From Trichosphaerium sp. ATCC 40318 (taxonomy: Eukaryota; Protista; Tubulinea): a stretch of DNA of 64,000 bases. Below are positions 36,924 through 49,459 of the stretch, one piece after another. The stretch spans positions 1 through 64,000 of the forward strand of contig JALMLS010000299.1 in the NCBI GenBank assembly GCA_038496445.1, written 5' to 3'. The translations under genes and the position numbers were made by a program. Numbering within the stretch: position 1 is the stretch's first letter; each line of letters begins with the position of its first letter. The notes under the pieces are model-generated. The model was not told where the DNA came from, ran no database searches, and was given only the letters and a program-made list of their open reading frames with translations.

Positions 36924-38752
36924 ATGCGATTGGTAGCTATTGTTCTGCTATTTTTATTAGCGTATACAGTCTCTGGGGCACAATGGCCACCAGGTCCCCA
37001 AATACCAGAACAAGTTACTAAACTGGAGCCATAACAAGCCTTTTAATATATTTAGATACATCTGGCACATACAGGTGTTATTACAGAAATGGTCGTTACG
37101 TACATTACAATAGATGAATGCGATCAAGACGATCAACACGATCCCGTTTGTCAGCCACAGGGTATATAATGTCTGTTGTGTGACAAGTCTAATTTACCCA
37201 GGAACGCCTACCTCTACGTGTCAATACGGCATCACTAGAACAGGCCTTATTTCCTCCACAGTTGGAGACCAATTCGTAAGAATACAGCAGGCTACAAATT
37301 TCGAAAATTGTTCTGCTTCGCTGCGAACCTCAAATAACCGAGAAATTAGACGTATCATGATGGAGGAGATCAAAAACGAAACATGAGCGTACACACGATC
37401 AAATTAACCAACCTCAAAGCTGATACGCGCTATTTCTACAGGTACATCACACACTACGTATCTTCGTATTCAATCAAGTTTTTAAGAGTTGGTGACGAAA
37501 CTTACGGCTGGAGTGCCATTTACACATTCAAGACACTTGTCCCGGGCACCCCAAAGGTGGACGTCATTATGTATGCTGATGTAGGCGACTGGAACGGTCA
37601 GCAAACTATCCCGTATCTGCAAAATCATGTACAACTTGACGAAGACGTTGACATGATTATTCACTCTGGAGACTTTGCTTATGATATGGCTACAGATAAT
37701 GCACGTGCTGGTAAGCGTTACTTGAGCAAAAAAACTATATGATATTCTTACTTTATGTCGCACATAGGAGATAGATTCTTGAACGACATTCAAAATGTAG
37801 CAGCCTATGTACCATACCAAGTGGCTCCAGGCAACCATGAAAATCACTACAATTACAGTAATTATCGAGCTAAATTTTGGGTAAGTTGTTTTGTTTGATA
37901 ATATTGTAGAGTGCCGAGTCTTATCTTTTTCACTTCCTTAGGCGCCAGGTGAGGAATCTAAGTCGTACACAAACTTGTACTATAGCTTTCCTTTTTCAAC
38001 GATAAGGTTTATAGCAATAAGTACAGAAATTTACTATGATGATGGTATGGAAACTCTAACTTTTATTTCCTACATCCAATCAACAACTTATTGTTATTTT
38101 TTTTAGTGAACTATGACATGAGCCATGTAGAAACTCAGTATAGATGGTTAGAAGCAACCTTACAGCAAGCAGTGAAAGAGAGAAAATATCGCCCTTGGAT
38201 TATAGTATACGGTCACAGACCTATCTATTTTGCTTATGGGCAAGATCCCAACCTGATTCTTGGTAGGAAAGATACAAACGGGTACGTTATTATTACCACG
38301 TGACACCAAAGGATTTTTGTATTTGTACTTTTTTAATTTGTAATAGCACCCGTAAGTTTGGCCTAGAAGATCTCTTCCTGAAGTATGATGTTGACATATA
38401 TTTCGCAGGACATGTTCATAATTATCAAAGGTAACAAAATAACAAGTTTTTAGTTTTTCTCTGGATTTTTTTTGTTAGTCATTGTCGTTTTAGGATGTAT
38501 CCTACAGCAAGACAAAAAGTAGTTTCAAAGAGCTACTCAAACGCAGCGGCGCCAATCTACCTTATTTCAGGAGCAGGAGGTTCAAGCGAAGGAATTTCAA
38601 ATTGTCCTCCACAAAAGCAATTGTGGACTGTCACATGTGTTGAGGAGTATGGCTATGCGCGGTTGATAGCATATAATGGTACAACAATACACTGGCAACA
38701 AATAGGACCAAAAGAGAGTATTATAGATTCTGTGTGGATAACAAAGGAGTAA
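36924..38752 (+). CDS. Secreted purple acid phosphatase (ACP7-like), multi-exon
   Basis: Signal peptide MRLVAIVLLFLLAYTVSG, PEQIHLA, YADVG, GDFAYD, PGNHE, GHRP, FAGHVHNYQR, ISGAGG. Confidence 0.93.
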
Positions 38753-38861
38753 ATAAATATTTACTTTCAATCAATTTTGATATCTACACGTAGAAAATCT
38801 GATCATTTTACAGTCTAAAAGACCACTGAGTTTTAGTGCACTGGAGTTGATCACACAACGG

Positions 38862-39460
38862 TAGTTGAAAAATGTTACGAGAACATTCACCATCTACGAA
38901 TTTGGTTTAGCTTTGCCTTAATTGAGCTTTGTAGTAATTTGATTTTTCTCTTAATTGTATGATATTCAGGTACAACTTCCCACTTTTAGAAAACATAAAC
39001 TAAAATAACACTGACCCAGCAACAAATCTACAAGTATGAATCGTGCTATCATTGCATTTTTTAGTCTTATGTATTGCACTTTGCAGCGACTGGACAACCG
39101 GAGAGTGAACCCTATGATACCCACGAGTTTATGTAACCTGCCCTCAAAGACGAGGTAGCGATTCTTAGTTGTGGAAATCGGACCTGGGGTCAACAAAGAT
39201 ATAACTTGCTCTGCTACTACGAGATATCTATATTTCCAGAAACCAGTCAATTTTGTGAATGTCCCCGTATGCCGGGTAGCTGGGGCAGGTCATGGAGGAA
39301 AGCAAGGCATTCAACCACAATTTTATTTGCAATTATTGGGAAAGTTGCCATGCTATTTGCCAAAAAAGGTTGCTGGGCTCACTGAGTAATAAATTGTAGC
39401 TACAATAAGGTTCACTTTTTAATAAACACTATCATCCCAAAAGCTGTTTTTTCCATATGA
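38862..39460 (+). pseudogene. Copy A of a ~550-nt dispersed element (frameshifted secreted-protein gene remnant)
   Basis: Highly similar to the reverse complement of 63110-63625; remnant reads MNRAIIAF../LCIALCS../QQRYNLLCYYEISIFPETSQFCECPRMPGSWGRSW across frameshifts. Confidence 0.7.
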
Positions 39461-39981
39461 ATCTCCCAGACGGACGTTTGTTGTCAATGTCGGAGAAGTA
39501 CAATGGCATTCACCATCAATTTCCATCACTTGGCATTTTTTAGTGTTCCTCATATGCCAAAAGAGTGATTCTTTTTCACATTGTTTAGCTACAGCCATGC
39601 TTCGATTCTCCTTTTACCAGTTCCAACTCAATCGGTAGGCATAAGTATAGGAGGGACTTGAAATGTGTCTTCTAAAGACACGTGAAACCTTTTTGTACAG
39701 TGACGTATGTGATAAAAAGGATTTGTTGTTTTTCTACAGGTATAAACACTATACAAGCGAGATAGCAATAAACATGAGCATCGCCGCAAGTGCTGAATAC
39801 CACTCGTGTACCGTATTGTTACAGAATGTCACCTCATTAAAATAGCGCTACAAGTAGATTGCTGCAAGTGGCTTTATTTAGTCAAAGCTACGCTGGTCAT
39901 TCACCTAATCAGGAAGTTGTGTTTGGCACTCAAATATGTAATCCTCTCATCTAGTACACTAAAAAAGGCACGAGATCAAAA

Positions 39982-40785
39982 ATGAATAGTGAAAGCGATG
40001 ATAATGACGATAATGTGGAGAACAACGACGTGTCCCGTGATGTTAAGATCAAACACGATCAAAAAGATCACAAAGGCCATAAGAAAGCTAAAAAACCTGC
40101 CAGCAATCAAACAGTGGTCAATATGCCGTCAGCTTCGAATAAAACGAAAACGAAGCCTCCAAACAACGTGCAAACGCGTAAAAAAGACCCGAAATCATGT
40201 AAAGATGCTTTTTGGGACTCAATCAAGAATTACTTCGAGGGTTTTCTAGGAGAACAATTTCACGGCACTAACGAGAAGAATTCGCCTTACCCAACTATTT
40301 TTATGCTTGTACGCTCATGGATTAGCTCTTTTGTAGGCATTTTACTTTTAGCTGTTGTAACACAATTCGTTCTTACAAAAGCTGGCGAAAACACAGCTCT
40401 AATTGGCGCATTTGGAGCTGAGTCTGTTCTACTATTTGCTGCTAATAAAATACCTGCGTCACAACCTAGAAACGCTATTTTTGGTAACCTCATTGGCGCT
40501 ATTATAGGTGTCACGTGTCAGACTTTATTACCTTCTTCTTGGCTTTGGCTCAAAGCGCCTTTAGCTGTTTCTACAACGATACTATTACAACAGATAACAA
40601 AATGTGTTCATCCTCCTGGAGGTGCTGTAGCTCTCATAGCGGTATTAGGCCCACAATCTGTACATAACTCAGGATACTTGTATTTGGTCACACCTACTTT
40701 TCTTGGGACTATGATCTTGATATTTACTGCTATTGTTACTGGCAACATTGGCAAAGGATTAAACTACCCAAAGTACTGGCTGTAA
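39982..40785 (+). CDS. HPP-family transmembrane protein, intronless
   Basis: FGAESVLLF, PASQPRNAIFGN, VHPPGGAVAL, several TM helices, C-terminal YPKYW. Confidence 0.92.
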   Translation: MNSESDDNDDNVENNDVSRDVKIKHDQKDHKGHKKAKKPASNQTVVNMPSASNKTKTKPPNNVQTRKKDPKSCKDAFWDSIKNYFEGFLGEQFHGTNEKNSPYPTIFMLVRSWISSFVGILLLAVVTQFVLTKAGENTALIGAFGAESVLLFAANKIPASQPRNAIFGNLIGAIIGVTCQTLLPSSWLWLKAPLAVSTTILLQQITKCVHPPGGAVALIAVLGPQSVHNSGYLYLVTPTFLGTMILIFTAIVTGNIGKGLNYPKYWL

Positions 40786-41826
40786 ATATTGTAAAAAAAC
40801 CCAATAAGAGCAACTCGCTCTTTTTGTAAAATACCAAAATAAAAAGGCTGCTACCCACAGCTGTTTACCTGTAAGCTCGTATCACCATACTCAAAGACAA
40901 TAGCGCGTATAGGGAGGCCTTGCACCTATGCCAAAAGGCAAGCATGACTACGTAGTTTCCCCTTTGTTAGTTGACAGAAGAGAGTAGACTAGGAGTGTAA
41001 CAACTCTAAAGTTTCACTTACTATTTGGTAATGGGATTCTTGCGAATGAGATTTGCAACATGTGCCGTAAATCCCCTGGACTGTGCGAAATGGTAAGGTT
41101 TTTTCTCACTCTGTTCTTCAACACTCCTGTTCTAAAGATACCGAAAGCAACAGTAATTCCAATAACAATTAAATTAAAAACAAAAACGTGAAATTTTCCT
41201 GTTTTGTAAAACTTGGCTTATGCAAGAGCAAGAAACACATCGGGTACTACCCAAAAATGATCTAAGGCATTCAAAGTTTTGATCAATGCGTATGTGGTCG
41301 TTTAAACTATCATTAGAAGGTATTTCGCCATAAATCGATTTAACACTAACGCTATCAGATTCTTTCACACCTACATTGCGTAAACTTTACCATGCAAGTG
41401 TTGGGTCATGCGCTGCAGCAATACTATCTGGTCTCTTGTTGATTGCCTTTGAATACCTTTGGTTGTGCCTCCTTACGCTGATTATCGCCGTTTTACTGTC
41501 AGTACGTTGATGAAGTGAAAACGTTTTACGTAAAAACATCTATAATACTTTCTTACATTATATAGGCGTTATCGCATTACCTGTGGGTGCGTGTTCAGTA
41601 TTTAACGCGTAGAAAAAAATGTAAAGCACAATTGTCCGCTGTACACAACCTATCAGCACGTATTTTGAAGTCACTAAATACGAACAACGTTCTACTTCAA
41701 AATCAAGCCAAAAAAACGTAATACAAACAATTAAAGCGTTTTTTTTTATTTTTTCTGTAAAAGAATGAAAATGAAAGTTAACACCTTTTTCGAAGGTTTC
41801 AAAGCTCTGCAGAGACAAAAACAACA

Positions 41827-42951
41827 ATGCCAGAGCTGACATATCTAAATTTCTCAAATGACTTAAAACACATCACTACTGTTTACGCCACAGCTATAAC
41901 AGAGCTTCGAAATACGTACGCGAGTTACAATTACAAGCACGTTGTTAATACTTCCTATTTACAGTATGGATTGGCTTCCACAGCTAGCATCTCTAGCACA
42001 TTTCGAGTGTCAACTGTCAAATGACTCTCAATTATCTGAAGTGTCAGAAATAATGAGACTGATGGTTGTACATATTAATGTTATTATTGAAGAAAGTCTA
42101 GATGATGATAAACCTGAACAACATAAAGCAGTATTAGCAGCGAACAGGATTTTGAGTAAATTAGGCGTAATATTGATAAGGACGAACAAGCAATTGCAAG
42201 GGATACAAAGCAATATTCAAGTTGCCCATAGAACAGCTTGTCAAAAAACAAAGCACTTTTGTAAACCAAGTACGCCAGTAATGCTTATTTGCAACTCCCG
42301 CCTGTGTCTCTCGCTTAACATGCGGCTTCAAAAGAGCATATTTATTGATCAATCTCTACAAAAAACTTTCTTTTTTCTTACATTTCGACTAGTTGGCTGT
42401 CTCCCACTTTTTGCTACAGTTCTTGCAATTTATTTAATGGCATTACTTAATTAATATTTCTATTAGCAACTGCTCAAGTAGTTAAAGGATACATAGAAAC
42501 ATGGCAAGCACGTGTGTCAGTCATGGAAAGAGAACACGAAGATTCACCAGAATATTATTCACAAATACAATTTCTCACAAAGGAGCTGTTGGATCTTAAG
42601 GCAATACTCGCCAGGGCTAAAAGCAAAGCAGAAAATACACCTCCAGTGTGCGTAACTTTAACAGCGACGATTATTTATAGAAGCGACTAACTCGAACATC
42701 TTAGACAACAATATTTGAATGCTAAGCTTCTTCGTCCTGTTCAGGAACCAGTAGCTTATGAAAATAGAGTTAAAACTAGTAATACAACTCTAAAGTCTAT
42801 GGCTGTATTGGCATCAGGTCTTGAACTAGAAGCATTCGGAGTTAAGAGTAGCAGTATTGCAAGAGCAACAAAAACATTTAAAAAATCAAAGTCGAAGTTT
42901 GGAAAAAAACTAAAATTAATGGCTGAACTCGAATCTAAGCTCTTGAAATAA
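41827..42951 (+). CDS. Hypothetical helical/coiled-coil protein (spliced)
   Basis: ATG at 41827; GT-AG introns link ORF segments 41942-42454 and 42715-42951. Confidence 0.55.
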
Positions 42952-43088
42952 GATCATAATTTGTACATAGTAAAGTATCATTTATATCTAACGCAAGAAT
43001 ACGAAAAAAGTTCACTTGGGAAACGACAATCGAGCTAGAAAATTCAAGACTTTTTTTTTTTTTCAGTTCAATACTTACGAAAGGCAAC

Positions 43089-43751
43089 ATGGGAAAATCT
43101 GGTGCTGACATTCTGTTTCACGTGCTAAACTTTTTTGTTGCTGTCGTTATCATAGGCGCTGGCGTGCTTCGTATAGCTCTAGGTAGGACATTTTAAACCC
43201 ATTTTCAAAGTAATGACGTTAACTGCTTCCAAAGACAGTGGATGGAAGAATAGCGGTAGTGTCGTTATTGGAATATTCATAATGCAGGCGTCGAAACATG
43301 CCTTTCTTTTGTAGTAATCTTCCTTTGTAGGTTTTTTGGTATACTGATATTCCTTATGGAGCTAGCACCTCCCAAGATATTCCTAGAAGCGTTTGGATAT
43401 TTTAAATGGTGGATGGGTCGTGGACTTTTCTACATCTTGTGCGTAAACTCGTTTTATTTGTTTTCACTACTCTTTTACTTACTTCGTACTAGTTGCGGTC
43501 TTCTTTGGTGCGTTTTTTGACACTTATTTTTAAACACGTGATAAACAATTATGTAGCTTTGGAGGATGGTATGGAAAGTGGAGTTGGGAGCTAAGTAAGG
43601 CGATATGATCTTTTTTGGGTGGTCACTAATTTTGTTTGTAGTGTTTAGTATTATTGTCATAGTAATCGGCATTATCTACTGCATCTTACAGTTTGTCAAG
43701 CAAGTGAAGCAACCAGAACCACTTGTTGGCGATGGTTACCAGAAGGTTTAA
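43089..43751 (+). CDS. COPI-associated/TVP15-like small Golgi membrane protein (with a 15-nt micro-exon)
   Basis: VLNFFVAVVIIGAGV, FFGILIFLMEL, FGYFKWWMGRGLFYIFCG. Confidence 0.8.
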
Positions 43752-44310
43752 ATTAAAAAGAAAACAAACAAGCCAATTTAGATAAGAACTATTCATGACC
43801 CTCTACGCCGTTTCGTGCACGTGATACGTGTCCAATAAAAATGGTTAGAAAGTTCGTGTTTGGTTTTAATTTAAACGTGATATCCATTTTATACAGTAGT
43901 TCTAAACGCATACGAGAGAGGTGGGAAAGAGTCCTGTTACTTGCAGGCAGCCTCTCAAAAACTCATCGCGAATTTTCACCAGTGCTTATTACAACTAGAA
44001 GTCAGGCAGATATCAGTTTATGCAACATTCAATAGGTCTTTCTCCAAAGTTATGCTCAAGGTAGGCAGAAGCATGGGTTGGCGTTTGTGAAACTTAAGAA
44101 GAAAATTTATTTTCAAAAGCTAAAGTTGTTTGAAATAAAAACACCGAAATGTTACACCTTGACCTAGAAGTTGTGCCAGTCGCAGTAGAAAAATGAACCA
44201 CGTCTTGAGTGGAGGATAGTTTGTAGAGATCCGGGAGAACAGTAACCAACCAACAGCGATTAATGTGTAAAAGGAATCCCAAAAAAAAAAAGCTTGTAAG
44301 CAATATTACC

Positions 44311-47300
44311 TTAGCACGTTTTATTCAACTTTTTTTTCCCATTGCAATGTTGTTTAGTATTTAAATAAACTAAAATAACAGATATATTATCTTGACTACC
44401 ACCTTTAAGTGCATGCCTAACCAGTTTATGTGTAGTCTCCTCAATAGTAAGTCCCATATCCTTATGAGTTTTAACAAACTCAACAAGTTCTTCGTTTGTA
44501 AAAACTTCAAAAAGACCATCACATGCCAAAACAAGAAAATCGTCAGTCGAAGAATCAAAAGAAACTTCCCTGACGCAAGGTTTACATAGTACCATATCTG
44601 ATTTAAACTTTTTGTTCCAGTACTCTTCCTTGTAAGTACCTTTATACTCTGGATCACCCATAGCACGTGAAACATTAAGTTCTCCAAATATTCTATAAGA
44701 ATTCTGAACGCCTGCCATTTTTGCAAGTCTTTGAGGTATTTTCATTTCTTCTAAAAGCTTTGGATTTATCTTATAAAGTGTTGATAAATTTATCTCTTTG
44801 TGAACAGTTACTTCGCCACCAGCATCTTCTATACGCTTACGCTCAGTAACACAATCAGGCCTAATGCAGGTAAGTACTTGTACCATACAACCCAGCGCTG
44901 ATTTAAGGTCAAAAGCCGCTCAACTTTTAGAAAGAAAAATCAACCCAAAAAAGTAATGTATGTACCTGTGTTCGTCACATAATTGTAATGCTTTGCCTGA
45001 ACGACAAAGAACTACTCGGGCATCTCCAACATTAAAACAATACAATTTACGACCATCAAAGAAAGTACCAACGACTGTAGATCCAGAAAAATTGCCGTTA
45101 TTAATAGCCCATGTGTTATATTCTTTATCGATCTGTTCACATGCGTCGGTTACATATTCAGCGAAATTGAGTTGGAAAGATGTGTAAGATACAATTTTAT
45201 CAAGCAAGTGCTTTTTGCAGTAATCAGCGCATACAGATCCTCCATGTCCATCATATACACCAAAGAAAGCCATTGACTTTACTTTATGTTTATATTGCGC
45301 TAAACTCATTAGGACAAATCTTATTTTATTTACTTGTTTACCGCACCTCTTATATTTGACACAATTTGATGTTTATCTGTTTAAGTAGTTATTTTAGTGT
45401 AAACGAAGCTCTTATTTGTTTGGCCTTACCTTCCATAGTCTTTCTTTGACCTATAGTAGTAACTACACAAGATTTAAATGAGTAATCAGAGGCCTCATAT
45501 GATATAGACTCTGGTTCAGATATCTTTGGTAGGGTATCTTCCTCTTCAGTGGAAACATGCAGACCTCTCTTAGCATCTAATACAGTCAAAGTTACGTTCG
45601 AAAAGGCACCACAAAAATATACTCATACCTGCCCATGCATCTGGTGATAGGCGCCACCATTTGGTATCTTTTACAGCACATTGTAGTGCTCTAGAAGTTC
45701 GAACAGATTTTTGATTGAGAGCTAGTGCACATTGAATGCTAAACATCCACTTGGACTAAAGAAGAAAAATAGTTAATACAAATGTAAAAAAGTATAGTTA
45801 TACCATATCATCTACACTCTCTGCTTTGAAGTGAAAGCACCTTTGAAAAGCGTCTATCTTAAATACACCCAAACCAATATTTGGAATAGACCCAAGCCGC
45901 GTACAAAGACCCAAAGGAATACTCTTCTTTAGTGTCAACTTATTTTCGTCTAGGTAAACACAAACAATTGCGCTTGATATTGTAACAAACCTCTTCTTCC
46001 ACGTGACATTTTTCCTAATTATTTTGCCTTCCTGCAACCACCCCTCACGGTTTTCGGCTTTTATATAGTGTAAAATATCTTGTTCAGTGCGCATGAAAAC
46101 CATAGAATTACTAGTATTAGGTTAAGGTCGAATACAACTAAAAGTTTAAGGTTACCCTCTTGATGTCTTTAGTTGCTGCCTTTTTAACTTTAGCCTATCT
46201 CTATTATCAGGGCTAAGAGACGCCCTAATATGAGATGGTCTCTTTAGAGAGTCAATTGGACTCAATGCACTTAGTCCTAGTTGTAAAGTAAGCACCAAAT
46301 TTATAAAAAAAACCGCAACACAAATGAATTAACCTGTTGATTCGCGATCAGAATCAGATAAGAAATCTGAGTCATCATAATCCTGTATCTAATAAGATAA
46401 TTGTTGTCTACTACTAATGTGACAATCAAAAGTACCTCTGGTACAGACGATGACATTTTGAGCTTATTTCTCTTTTCCTGATGAGCGTCATCAGTTTTTG
46501 TTGGAATTGCTATACAGCTCTTTGGAAAATGTTCGAGACCATGTAATGCTCTTTTAGGTAATGCGCCTTGAGTAGCATGTAGTACAGTGTTACCATCAAA
46601 CTCGAGTCCTGAAGCAGCTTTGTAAGCTCTTTCTTCAAGCATTTGAACGACGGTTGGATCGAGCCTTGCTCTGATAAACTTTGCAAACAAGTACAAAGTT
46701 GTTGCACCTAGAACCAAACAGATGAGAACAGAGGAAAACGTTTATGAAAGGTGGATACCAGAAAGGACTTCCCCTTCTGTGACCATTAGCATAGATACGC
46801 TACGTGATATAGTATCTTGAAGGTATTAGCTAGGACGCTTTTTGGATGACATTGTGCCTATTGAGTCCATATCTTCATCTAGTTTTGACAAGTGCTGCTC
46901 AAACAACGTGTAGAGTGGAATATTAGCGTAAATGAACGCTGTAACTGCGATTGAGGTTAACGGTTTTCTATTAGAATGGCTGAACTCTTCAGTCAAAACC
47001 TTGTCGTACCTATGGCTTCTGCCGTTTGAGTCTTCTCTTCGTTGTTTCCTTTTTCAAAAATCTAAAAAAACGATTTAACACTATTTTATCAAACTGTATT
47101 GGTCATGCATGCCTGACGAATACCGTCCTTTAATTCTGAAAACGTGAGACGGCGAGAGTTTTTGTAAAACGCTGGGAAGTAGCCAACCAGCACATTGCTA
47201 TGCTATACGCGCAAATTAGCTATTTACAGCGGTATTGATGAGTTTAAGGGTCGTACTACGGGTAGAAATTCTGTTTCTATTTTATCCCTTGTTTGCCAAA

Positions 47301-47433
47301 GTAGAAAGTCTACAAACGCGTCCTGTAGAGGTTTAGCAAAGAAAGCCAAATATAAACAAAAACTGACAATCAACGCAAGGAAACGTACGCGCAACGAACC
47401 AATTAATGATACCCAGTACTCAAGATCTGCCAT
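44311..47433 (-). CDS. PP2C/PPM phosphatase with upstream PH domain and N-terminal hydrophobic segment
   Basis: GQRKTMED, FFGVYDGHGG, NVGDAR, LNVSRAMGD, LACDGLFE, GSQDNISV; PH: REGWLQ...WKKRFVTI...FHFKAESVDDMSKW; 5' exon chain inferred. Confidence 0.85.
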
Positions 47434-47586
47434 CAAGCCATTTCAGAGCGCGTTGAATGTAACGGTATTTTGTCCTCAACGTACGTTGTTCGAAAGCGTT
47501 GATCGCGAAGATACTAATACGTTTAGTACCATATTTCGGTTAAGTTCAGCTCTTTTTTTTTTGTAAAGTTCTGGAAGCATTTAGAA

Positions 47587-49216
47587 ATGAACGCTCTGGT
47601 GCGTGATATACCACCCCACGCGCATATTAACAGTAAAAACAGGTGATTCACGGACCTCGTGACAAAGAAAACTACAAGCTAGAAACTCGGCCAATTCCAA
47701 AGGCAGGGCCAGGTGAGGTAGTAATTAAATCACTCGGTTGTGGTATCTGCGCCAGCGACGTTCATTGGTACGTTCGTTTTTATATTTACTGATTTGACAT
47801 TTTGAAGCTGGGGCGGTGCACCACTCTTTTGGGCTGGCGAGGAGCAGTGGGTACAAAGAAATGTAGTAACAGGTCACGAATTCTATGGTACAGTTGTAGA
47901 GGTTGGCGAAGGAGCTAAAACAGTTCGTGGGGAAACCATAAAAGTACACTAGACTTTGACACTGCTACAACAGTGCTACCACTATTTTTTAGGTGGGAGA
48001 TCGCATAACGTCTGAACAGATTGTACCTTGCCTTGCTTGCCCATATTGCAACAAACTAGATCACTACACGTGCGAACCATTTGTAAAAAGAAATTTCCAA
48101 TGTTTGTTACCATTAATTTTCTTGTATAAGTGTATGCAAAGAGTACGATATTTACGGTTTCCGTACACGTGTAGATGGAGGTATGGCTGAATACGTCAAG
48201 TTCCCAAAAGAAGCGCGTAATTACCTGGTACGTTGATCAGTACATAGCTATGTTCATTTGAGTATAAGTGGCAGTAATTTGTTTAAAGGTAAATCCTAAA
48301 GTTAGTCCTAAAGCGCAGGTGCTCATTGAGGTACCATATGAGTTTGTATCATAGCATCCGTTTTACACAATCATAACAGCCTCTATCTATTGGTGTACAT
48401 GCCGCTGAGCGCGCAAAAGTTATTGCTGGAGAATCAGTAGTTGTTGTTGCCGGATGTGGACCAATCGGTTTGTTTATTATGCTTTCTCTAAAGCATCGAC
48501 ACAATCCAAAGAAACTCATTGCTCTTGATACAATTGACTGGAAACTTGAAGGGACGCTAGATTGAAATAACCAATAGGTAACCTTTCTCTAGTTGCAAAA
48601 AAATGTGGAGCTGATGAGGCTTGGAATATAAGCAAATCGCCATTTGACTTTAAGTCATGCAACATACGAGACAAAATAGAAAAGGTTCCAATAAAAAAAA
48701 ACAGCTTGATTTGCAGTAACACTTCTGATTGCAGATGGAGGGTAGAGGATATGGGTGCGACATTTACATCGAAGCAACAGGACACCCTAGTGCCGTGCAA
48801 CAAGGAATTGACATACTTTCACATTGCGGAACGTACGTGAGTGTTGGTGTTTTTAGTAAAAAAGCATCTGTTGATTGGACTGAATTTGGAGGTGGTAAAA
48901 ATGAAATAACAATCTATGGTGCACATTTATCGGATAACATGGTACCATGAAAAAACCAAAGTCAAGGCGAAACTAAACTATTTCAGGCATACGAGAAGGC
49001 CATGGAGTTATTAGCTTCTGGTAAAGTACCCGTGGATGACATTATTACGCACGAATACAGCCTAGAAAATTGGGAAAAGGTATTTTACCTGTTATTTTTT
49101 GATACTGTCATCTGACGATTTATATTCCCAAGGCATTTTCAGTTGCTCATCGCGATATTGTGGATGGGAAAGAACCAATAAAAGTAGTGATTAGACCACA
49201 CACTGGAGAAATGTAA
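47587..49216 (+). CDS. Zn-dependent medium-chain dehydrogenase, erythritol/L-threitol dehydrogenase (EltD)-like
   Basis: CGICASDVHCWGGAPLFW, GHEFYG, EQIVPCLACPYC, GCGPIG, GYGCDIYIEATGHPSAVQQG, GAHLS. Confidence 0.85.
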
Positions 49217-49459
49217 TCTCCACAATGAAAAAGTAAAGCATCTTTTTTTTTTTTGTAGAAAGCCACGTGTATGGAATAGGTATTTTGTTAGTTAGTGCAA
49301 TCGTACCAATTTCGTTTGTTTGCGAAAAGAAAAAAAAAACAAACTACAGGCGCAAGCCTTGAGTGTAATTAAGTTAAAAATATATATTTTAGCAGATACA
49401 GGTTTCGCTAAAGTTTGTTTGGGAACGCTTCCCCAAGCGGAAAAATTGTGTTTTACCAT

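Noticed and set aside
40928-41700. Small spliced genes on either strand
   Set aside because: Splice-like signals are present, but no consistent model or recognisable domain emerged
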